From: Macrostomum lignano
Lineage: Eukaryota
Assembly (NCBI GenBank): GCA_002269645.1
Contig: NIVC01001874.1
Location: forward strand, 163,038-227,037
Length of the DNA: 64,000 bases
Reading direction: 5' to 3'
Part shown: one piece after another, positions 46,082-55,788 of the stretch
Position numbering within the stretch: the stretch's first letter is position 1
How the letters are laid out: every line of letters begins with the position of its first letter
Program-made: the position numbers and the translations under genes
Notes under the pieces: model-generated
The model's input: the letters and a program-made list of their open reading frames with translations, nothing else
Database searches by the model: none
What the model was told of the DNA's origin: nothing

Positions 46082-49000
46082 CTAAGCCTGCTGCTTAAGC
46101 AGCTCATTAGCAATGACCAGCCGTTGGATTTCGCTGGTGCCTTCGTAGATTTCCGTGATGCGGGCGTCTCTGTAGTGCCGCTCAGCCGGCATCTCCGTCA
46201 CGTAGCCCATACCGCCAAGCACCTGCCAGGTTGCATGCGTGATTGCTGCTTAGCTTGAATAATTGGCATTTTATGCCCCTTACTGACAGTAGTCAGTATG
46301 GCATACTATCAGAGATGTGAGTCAGTGATTACTAAAGTGGGTCAGGGCAATGGACAACTAGAGTGGGTCAGGGTTGACTAGAGTGGGTCAGGGTTGACTA
46401 GAGTGGGTCAGGGTTGACTAGAGTGGGTCAGGGTTGACTAGAGTGGGTCAGGGTTGACTAGTGTGTCAGGGTTGACTAGAGTGTGTCAGAGTTGACTAGA
46501 GTGGGTCAGGGTTGACTAGAGTGGGTCAGGGTTGACTAGAGTGGGTCAGGGTTGACTAGAGTGGGTCAGGGTTGACTAGAGTGGGTCAGGGTTGACTAGT
46601 GTGTCAGGGTTGACTAGAGTGTGTCAGAGTTGACTAGAGTGGGTCAGGGTTGACTAGAGTGGGTCAGGGTTGACTAGAGTGGGTCAGGGTTGACTAGAGT
46701 GGGTCAGGGTTGACTAGAGTGGGTCAGGGTTGACTAGAGTGTGTCAGAGTTGACTAGAGTGGGTCAGGGTTGACTAGAGTGTGTCAGAGTTGACTAGAGT
46801 GGGTCAGGGTTGACTAGAGTGGGTCAGGGATGACTAAAAGTGGGTCAGGATCAAGGATGACTCAGTGGGTCAGTGTAAGGGATGGCTAACCGTTGGTCAG
46901 GGTCAGGGATAACTAAAGTGGGTCAGGATCAGGGATGAATAACAGTGGGTCAGGGTCAGGGATAAGTAAAGTGGGTGTGTCAGGGATGACTAAAATTCGG
47001 TCCGGGATGACTAAAATTCGGTCAGGGATGACTAAAATTCGGTCGGGGATGACTAAAATTCGGTCAGGGATGACTAAAATTCGGTCGGGGATGACTAAAA
47101 TTCGGTCAGGGATGACTAAAATTCGGTCAGGGATGACTAAAATTCGGTCAGGGATGACTAAAATTCGGTCAGGGATGACTAAAATTCGGTCAGGGATGAC
47201 TAAAATTCGGTCAGGGATGACTAAAATTCGGTCAGGGATGACTAAAATTCGGTCAGGGATGACTAAAATTCGGTCAGGGATGACTAAAATTCGGTCCGGG
47301 ATGACTAAAATTCGGTCAGGGATGACTAAAATTCGGTCGGGGATGACTAAAATTCGGTCAGGGATGACTAAAATTCGGTCGGGGATGACTAAAATTCGGT
47401 CAGGGATGACTAAAATTCGGTCAGGGATGACTAAAATTCGGTCAGGGATGACTAAAATTCGGTCAGGGATGACTAAAATTCGGTCAGGGATGACTAAAAT
47501 TCGGTCAGGGATGACTAAAATTCGGTCAGGGATGACTAAAATTCGGTCAGGGATGACTAAAATTCGGTCAGGGATGACTAAAATTCGGTCAGGGATGACT
47601 AAAATTCGGTCAGGGATGACTAAGTTGATCAGGGTCAGGATGACTAGTGGGTCAAGGAATGAGGAAAAGTGATCGGAGAGACTAGACTATGTAAAAATCT
47701 AGATGGTTGAACAGTCTGGTTTACTTAACAACACATTTAGCAAAGCGAAAACCAGATTGCAAACGGTGGGTTTCACCAACCTGGATAGCCTGATGCGCGC
47801 AGAAGGTGGCCGCCTCCGAGGCGGTCAGTTTGGCCATGGCGGCCTCTTTAGTGAACGCCCGGCCGCTGTCTTTTAATCCGGCCGCGTGCCAGGTGAGCAG
47901 GCGGGCCGAGTGCAGCCGAGTATGCATGTCGGCCAGCTTGAATTGCACAGCTTGTAGGCGCGCGATTGGGGCGCCAAATGCCTGGCGCTGGCGGGCGTAG
48001 CTGGTGGCGCATTCTAGTGCTGCCTGCGTGAAACAGCAGTTAAAATGACCTTTGCATTCTAGGAATCAGCAAATTTGGGAAATTTGGGAGAGGAGTGAGG
48101 CGGGGAGAGATGGAGAGATGGAGAGATGGCGGTGGAGACGGAGAGAGGCGAGTAGAGGCGGGGAGAGAAGCTGGAGGGATGGGAAAGAGAGTAGAGGCGG
48201 GGAGAGAAGCTGGAGGGATGGGAAAGAGAGTAGAGGCGGGGAGAGAAGCTGGAGGGATGGGAAAGAGAGTAGAGGCGGAGAAAGAAGCTGGAGGGATGGG
48301 AGAAGAGAGTAGAGGCGGGGGAGAGAAGCTGGAGGGATGGGAGAAGAGAGTAGAGGCGGAGAAAGAAGCTGGAGGGATGGGAGAAGAGAGTAGAGGCGGA
48401 GAAAGAAGCTGGAGGGATGGGAGAAGAGAGTAGAGGCGGGGAGAGAAGCTGGAGGGATGGGAGAAGAGAGTAGAGGCGGGGAGAGAAGCTGGAGGGATGG
48501 GAGAAGAGAGTAGAGGCGGGGAGAGAAGCTGGAGGGATGGGAGAAGAGAGTAGAGGCGGAGAAAGAAGCTGGAGGGATGGGAGAAGAGAGTAGAGGCGGG
48601 GAGAGAAGCTGGAGGGATGGGAGAAGAGAGTAGAGGCGGGGAGAGAAGCTGGAGGGATGGGAGAAGAGAGTAGAGGCGGAGAAAGAAGCTGGAGGGATGG
48701 GAGAAGAGAGTAGAGGCGGGGAGAGAAGCTGAAGGGATGGGAGAAGAGAGCAGAGGCAGGGAGAGAAGCTGAAGGGATGGGAGAAGAGAGCAGAGGCGGG
48801 GAGAGAAGCTGGAGGGATGGGAGAAGAGAGTAGAGGCGGGGAAAGAAGCTGGAGGGATGGGAGAAGAGAGTAGAGGCGGAGAAAGAAGCTGGAGGGATGG
48901 GAGAAGAGAGTAGAGGCGGGGAGAGAAGCTGGAGGGATGGGAGAAGAGAGCAGAGGCGGGGGAGAGAAGCTGGAGGGATGGGAGAAGAGAGTAGAGGCGG

Positions 49001-52000
49001 AGAAAGAAGCTGGAGGGATGGGAGAAGAGAGTAGAGGCGGGGAGAGAAGCTGGAGGGATGGGAGAAGAGAGTAGAGGCGGGGAGAGAAGCTGGAGGGATG
49101 GGAGAAGAGAGTAGAGGCGGGGAGAGAAGCTGAAGGGATGGGAGAAGAGAGCAGAGGCGGGGAGAGAAGCTGGAGGGATGGGAGAAGAGAGTAGAGGCGG
49201 GGAGAGAAGCTGGAGGGATGGGAGAAGAGAGTAGAGGCGGGGAGAGAAGCTGGAGGGATGGGAGAAGAGAGTAGAGGCGGGGAGCGAAGCTGGAGGGATG
49301 GGAGAAGAGAGTAGAGGCGGGGGAGAGAAGCTGGAGGGATGGGAGAAGAGAGTAGAGGCGGAGAAAGAAGCTGGAGGGATGGGAGAAGAGAGTAGAGGCG
49401 GGGAGAGAAGCTGGAGGGATGGGAAAGAGAGTAGAGGCGGGGAGAGAAGCTGGAGGGATGGGAGAAGAGAGTAGAGGCGGGGAGAGAAGCTGGAGGGATG
49501 GGAGAAGAGAGTAGAGGCGGGGAGAGAAGCTGAAGGGATGGGAGAAGAGAGCAGAGGCAGGGAGAGAAGCTGAAGGGATGGGAGAAGAGAGCAGAGGCGG
49601 GGAGAGAAGCTGGAGGGATGGGAGAAGAGAGTAGAGGCGGGGAGAGAAGCTGGAGGGATGGGAGAAGAGAGTAGAGGCGGGGAGAGAAGCTGGAGGGATG
49701 GGAGAAGAGAGCAGAGGCGGGGAGAAAAGCTGGAGGGATGGGAGAAGAGAGCAGAGGCGGGGAGAAAAGCTGGAGAGATGGGAGAAGAGAGTAGAGGCGG
49801 AGAAAGAAGCTGGAGAGATGGGAGAAGAGAGTAGAGGCGGAGAAAGAAGCTGGAGGGATAGGAGAAGAGAGCAGAGGCGGGGAGAAAAGCTGGAGGGATG
49901 GGAGAAGAGAGGAGAGGCGGGGAGAGAAGGGGGAGGCGGTGAGAGATGGAGGAGGCGAGAGGCGGGGTAGAGGTGGAGGCGGTGAGAGATGGAGGAGGCG
50001 AGAGGCGGGGTAGAGGTGGAGGCGGGGAGAGGCGGGGAAGCGGAGACTGTGGGAGGCCGGGAGAGGCGGGCGAGGCCGGTGAGAGGCGGGGGGGCCAGCG
50101 GGGAGGCGAGAGAGAGGCGGAGGCAAGGTGGGGGAGAGACGGGGAGGCAGGAGAGGCGAGGGAGAGGCGGGGAGAGGGGCAGGGAGAGACGATAAGAGAC
50201 AGGGCACAGACAGTGTAGAATGTCGCACCTGGCCAATCCCGAGAGCCTGAGCAGCGATGCCAATCCGGCCAGCGTCCAGCGTTGCCATGGCGATCTTGAA
50301 TCCCTGCCCGGGCTCGCCAAGCATGCAGTCGCTAGCCGGCAGGGCCACCTCGTCCAAGTGAATGGTGCAGGTGGAGGAGCCGCGAATGCCCAGCTTGCTC
50401 TCCGGGGTGCCCAGGCTGACGCCTTTGGCGTTCATTGGCAGCAGGAAAGCGCTGATGCCGCGGTGCCGCTGGGCTCGGTCGGTGGTGGCGAACAGCACGC
50501 AAGCGCCGGCCTCAGCGGCGTTTGTTATCCAGGCTTTGGCGCCGCTGAGCACGTAGCTGAATGGGAATCGGGATGATGATGGGTTGGAGCACATCTTGTT
50601 GCTTTAGTCCCAATGCAACTGTTATATATTGTACTTTATTTCCGGCTGAGAGTGGGTGTTTACTTCTAGTTGAGAGTGTGTGTTTACTTCTAGTTGAGAG
50701 TGGGTGTTTACTTCTAGTTGAGAGTGGGTGTTTACTTCTAGTTGAGAGTGGGTGTTTACTTCTAGTTGAGAGTGGGTGTTTACTTCCAGTTGAGAGTGGG
50801 TGTTTACTTCTAGTTGAGAGTGGGTGTTTACTTCTAGTTGAGAGTGGGTGTTTACTTCCAGTTGAGAGTGGGTGTTTACTTCTAGTTGAGAGTGGGTGTT
50901 TACTTCTAGTTGAGAGTGGGTGTTTACTTCCAGTTGAGAGTGTGTGTTTACTTCTAGTTGAGAGTGGGTGTTTACTTCTAGTTGAGAGTGGGTGTTTACT
51001 TCTAGTTGAGAGTGGGTGTTTACTTCCAGTTGAGAGTGTGTGTTTATTTCTAGTTGAGAGTGGGTGTTTATTTCTGGGTGAGAGTGTGTGTTTATTTCTG
51101 GGTGAGAGTGTGTGTTTATTTCTGGGTGAGAGTGGGTGTTTATTTCTGGGTGAGAGTGGGTGTTTACTTCTAGTTGAGAGTGGGTGTTTACTTCCAGTTG
51201 AGAGTGGGTGTTTATTTCTGGGTGAGAGTGGGTATTTATTTCTGGTTGAGAGTGGGTATTTATTTCTGCTTGAGAGTGAGTATTTATTTCTGCTTGAGAG
51301 TGGGTGTTTATTTCTGGCTGAGAGTGGGTGTTTATTTCTGGCTGAGAGTGGGTATTTATTTCCGGTTGAGAGTGGGTATTTATTTCCGGTTAAGAGTGGG
51401 TATTTATTTCCGGTCGAGATTGGGTATTTATTTCTGGTTGAGAGTGGGTATTTATTTCTGCTTGAGAGTGGGTATTTATTTCTGCTTGAGAGTGAGTATT
51501 TATTTCTGCTTGAGAGTGGGTGTTTATTTCTGCTTGAGAGTGGGTGTTTATTTCTGGTTGAGAGTGGGTATTTATTTCCGGTTGAGAGTGGGTATTTATT
51601 TCCGGTTGAGAGTGGGTGTTTATTTCTGGTTGAGAGTGGGTATTTATTTCCGGTTGAGAGTGGGTGTTTATTTCTGGTTGAGAGTGGGTATTTATTTCCG
51701 GTTGAGAGTGGGTATTTATTTCCGGTTGAGAGTGGGTATTTATTTCCGGTTGAGAGTGGGTATTTATTTCCGGTTGAGAGTGGGTATTTATTTCCGGTTG
51801 AGAGTGGGTAATTATTTCCGGTTAAGAGTGGGCATTTTGTTTCCGTACAACCACAACCAACCCCCAAACCCACCAGTCGCCCTGTCGCTTGGCCGTGGTG
51901 CTGGCGGCCCCAGCGTCAGACCCGTTGCCGGGCTCGCTCAAGGCGAAGCAGCCAACTTTGCTGCCGTCCAGATACGGGCGCAGGTAATCCGCCTTCTGCT

Positions 52001-52376
52001 TGTCGGTGCCCCACCTGGCCACCGGGCCTGAGTACAGCGAATTGTTGACGCTCATGACTACGCCAAGGGTGGCGCAGCCGCGGGACACCTCCTCCATGGC
52101 GACCGCGTAGGCCAGGTAATCCAGGCCGGTGCCGCCCTCGGATTCTGGCACGTCGACGCACATGAGGCCGAGCTCGCCGAGCCGCTTCACCAGCTCGGCC
52201 GGGTACCGGTGCTCCCTGTCAATCGCCGCTGCCACCGGGGCCACCTCGGCGTCGACAAAATCGCGACAGGTCCGCTGCAGCATCCGGTGCGTCTCGGGCA
52301 GCTCGGCGAACGCCGCACTAGCTGATGAAGCAGAGAAGCTGCGACAAGCCAGCCGCCAACAGGCGCGGGTGAGCAT
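46082..52376 (-). CDS. ACADS: Short-chain specific acyl-CoA dehydrogenase, mitochondrial, about 404 aa
   Basis: Exons 52376-51874, 50556-50229, 48023-47781 and 46222-46082 (in phase). Mitochondrial presequence, [25 protein letters not shown]-like [47 protein letters not shown] and [36 protein letters not shown]. Confidence 0.96.
46350..46830. repeat. 20-bp minisatellite in ACADS intron 3
   Basis: Unit GTTGACTAGAGTGGGTCAGG. Confidence 0.95.
46984..47625. repeat. 21-bp minisatellite (about 30 units) in ACADS intron 3
   Basis: Unit GGGATGACTAAAATTCGGTCA; explains the SGMTKIR ORF. Confidence 0.96.
48100..49920. repeat. 40-bp purine-rich minisatellite (about 45 units) in ACADS intron 2
   Basis: Unit GAGAAGAGAGTAGAGGCGGGGAGAGAAGCTGGAGGGATGG, followed by degenerate purine-rich sequence to about 50200. 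Confidence 0.96.
50645..51830. repeat. 24-bp minisatellite (about 49 units) in ACADS intron 1
   Basis: Unit GAGAGTGGGTGTTTACTTCTAGTT grading into GAGAGTGGGTATTTATTTCCGGTT. Confidence 0.96.
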
Positions 52377-52481
52377 TGTTGCTAGCTGGAATGCCAACAG
52401 GGCAGTTAGAGAGTTGAGACCTGGGTGAGATATACATATACAGGGTAACTAAGATGTATTCGAACTGATAATCTTCAAACA

Positions 52482-52762
52482 TCATGACGACTTGAAGGTC
52501 GGGGGTTCGATTCCCGATCCCATTGGAACAATTTGTGTCCTAGAGCAAGACACTTAACTCTGCATTGCTTCAGTTCACCCAGCTGTAAAATGGGTGCCAG
52601 CATTAGCTGGGGTAGTTGAGGGTGCATGTGGCGACCCCCCAGTCCTTGGACTGAACAGCTGTATGCAGCCTTCAGGTGGGCCATGCAAAAAGCTGTGGCT
52701 GAGCTGTCAGTTGCACATCTGGCCCAATTGGGACAGGTGTAATTAATGATTATTATTATTAA
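52482..52762 (+). mobile_element. tRNA-derived CORE-type SINE (copy 2, 5'-truncated)
   Basis: Perfect B-box GGTTCGATTCC, TGTGTCCTAGAGCAAGACACTTAACTC...CTGTAAAATGGGTGCC and an (ATT)n tail; aligns with copy 1 over about 270 bp. Confidence 0.8.
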
Positions 52763-53671
52763 TCAAACATAATCCATAGGAAAAGGGTTTTAAAGTGTTA
52801 AAATTGCAGTGCTATTTGATATCTGAGGACCAAATTCAGGACATTTGCTAGCATCAGTGAAAAAAGTTTAACATCAAATAAAATACCAACATCTCTATCT
52901 TACCTTTACTTTGTTGAGCCTTTTTAACCCACAGAAACTACAAAGTCTATAGATTTTATGTTTACAGATTATTCACACATAAAAAGTTAAAAGAAACCTT
53001 CAAATCATAAAAATCCCAAGTAATTATAACATTATTGATACTTTACAAAAAATCCTTATAACTTATATTTTAAGAGTTATACCTTGGAAAAACAGGGTAC
53101 CAATTTGGCATCTGGGGTCCAAATTGAGAATGCAAAAAGTAGGTTGATATGTTACAATAGCTTTTATTACAAAAGGTTAGTTAAGAATTAAAAATTCTTA
53201 ATTGGCTCTGCATTATATTATAGTGGCTCTGCATTCTACAATGACATTTATATTAAAACTTATCTTTTTTGTTTAAATTTTAAAAATACAAAAAGCCATT
53301 AATTTTAATTTCTTATGAATGTTACAATTTTATTAAGCTTTTCCAAAAAAAAATGACAATAGTTTGCCACCACTTTGATGAAAACTAATATGTTATTTAT
53401 TATATGATAGGGCCTATTTGATAGGGCCTAACAATATATTTAAATTAAATAAACAAATAGCAATGCTATAAAGATTAGTAGTCCTTTGCTTTTGCACATT
53501 TTTTCTAAAAATTTATAATTTAAATAGCCTAAAATAGGTGCAAAGTCTTATTATTAGTTAGATAGGTAGTCTTAGTCAATGGTTAGCCAATGTAAGGCAG
53601 ATACAATAAACTTATAAATTAAGCTCTTATACACTAGATAGCCTATCAAATTTCTTAGATACCCATTTAAA

Positions 53672-54300
53672 TGGGTGCTATAGACTAGGCCTACTTTCCC
53701 TTCTAACAACAACAATTTCTTGCTATATCAACATGTGGGTTGATGCCAACTAGAGAAATGGCTCAATATGCTTGGTTATACTAACAATCTTGCCTTGCTA
53801 TCCTAGAATGTCAATGGTGCCTAGCATAAGCTAGACTGGCTAATGAGTATTGCAACCAGTGTTGGCCTAATGGTCAATATGTAGAAAACTATTGTGCTCT
53901 ATATGCTAGATAATATCAAGGCTGCTTTTTTCTAGACATTGACAGATTTACTTAAATAATAAGTTGATATAATGCACACTAGCTTGCTATATGCCACCTT
54001 TAACATTAGCTACAAGCAAATTACCTATGTGGCATTCTAATGCTATATTAGCCTATTTGATCCCAGCAAATTATTATACCATTGGCAACTCTATCTGGTA
54101 GGCTATATTATTTGAGCTAAGTCATATTGCTTAAAACCAATATCAGAGATGTTTAACTCTCAATTAGAAATAAAATATTGTAAGCACCATATTAGCAGGG
54201 ATAGGCTTAGATTTAACATTTTGTCAAATTTGCTTTTTGGCTGTTGCTAACACCCAATACTGCTAGTGGTATAGCCTATATTCCTACCTAGGCCCTGAAA
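53672..54300 (+). pseudogene. Relic of a non-LTR retrotransposon (RTE-like LINE) reverse transcriptase, hypermutated
   Basis: The frame from 53771 reads LGYTNNLALLS*NVNGA*HKLDWLMSIATSVGLMVNM*KT, matching the RT core LxYADDxALL...Q..LD.L...A..VGL.VN..KT once C>T/G>A changes are reverted. The right boundary is approximate. Confidence 0.72.
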
Positions 54301-55141
54301 TGAGACATTATCCTAAACTTGACTAGCTAATATCTTTAGTTATTATTATTATTAAGCTTTTAAAAACAACTTAATTAAGTCTATCTTAGTGTACTATTGA
54401 AACCATGGTTAGTTGCTTATTTATAATTTATAGATAAATTATACTTATATATATATCAAGGTGTACTTCATATATCAAGTGCATAAAACAAAAATATTTA
54501 GACCAAGAAAGGTGCATAGAATATAGTTTTTTTGCTAGAAAAGGCAAAGCATATATATTGTTGGATTTAAATATAACAAGGATAAGCCCTAGCTTTAATG
54601 TCAATATTACTTTATTAAAGCTTTTTTAGCAGAGTTAACGAAAAAAATTAATAAAGTTTAGCACAAATGTGCATTACATTTTATTTACAAAATAAGTTTA
54701 ATTTTTCTATCCTTTCATTTTTCAGGATATTCACTCCCAGGTAAGAAATCTCAGAAACAGATGAAAAAGAATGAAAAGTTTACCATTGCCATGGCTAGCA
54801 GTACCTAACACTAGGCCTAACTAACAGTAACTGAGTAACAACAAAACAAAAATAGATAATTTGGTATCTGGATTCTGGGATCCAAAAACAGGATCCCAAT
54901 TTAAAAGGCAGAATTCCATGGCATACCTATGGGGTAAAAACACTGATGGTATGTTTAAAATATTCTAAACTAAAAAGCAAATCTTTTAGTATTTTACAGT
55001 ATTTTATTTTTAACTTTTTAAGTTAGTTAGAATATAGGATTGTCAACGGCCATAGCTGCCTAACAAAAGATGCGCGAAAAATTTAACGTAGCAAACAGAC
55101 ACTTAATATATAACCGTGACATCATACCATCAGCCATCTTT

Positions 55142-55308
55142 CAGTAGCTGATTTAGAGGGGCGCACAGGGCGCCCCCCCCGTTGAGTTGGATTTTTTTAT
55201 ATGGAAAATACACATTATCATGTACATATACTTGTACATGATATATGAATATATATGTACCTTAGTACTCTGCGCCCCCCCGTTCAAAATTTTCTGGATC
55301 CGCTACTA
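55142..55308. mobile_element. hAT-type MITE, 167 bp
   Basis: TIRs CAGTAGCTGATTTAGA / TCTGGATCCGCTACTA and a perfect 8-bp TSD CCATCTTT (55134-55141 and 55309-55316). Confidence 0.8.
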
Positions 55309-55788
55309 CCATCTTTGCAGCTTTGAATTGCTTTATTTCAATTTCAGCTTGTTTCGAGCATCCGTGGCTTGAGAGTGCACTTGATTCTTTGGAAAAATAA
55401 TCATTTAAAATAGTGTGTTTTAACAAATATGTACAGATGAAACTTCTTAAAATGCAGGAAAGTAATTAGTGCTGGTAAATCAGTATTATGCTATGCATTC
55501 TATTTTTTAAATTAATCTCTAAGCCAATCTATTAATTTTTTAAAGTGTGTGATTTGCTCAGCTGTTATCCAATCACAGTCATTCGGAAAAGTTGCTGCTA
55601 AGTCTTAAGACAGTAAGGAGCTTCTGTGCGTGCAATTTCTTCATGTTATTCCGATCTTCCGTCCCCACTTCTCGATAGAAAATATTAGTTTCCTTGGTCC
55701 TCTATAAGATTCGACAAATAGTTTTAACTTACTCTAGACTTTATTACTTCCTTTACACCTCGCATTTACAATCGCCGACTCGCTCATC

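Noticed and set aside
48059-51873. 750-840-aa Pro/Ser/Leu ORFs and the 416/453-aa ORFs
   Set aside because: Read-through of real ACADS exons into intronic 40-bp and 24-bp arrays; GT-AG boundaries exclude the repeats.
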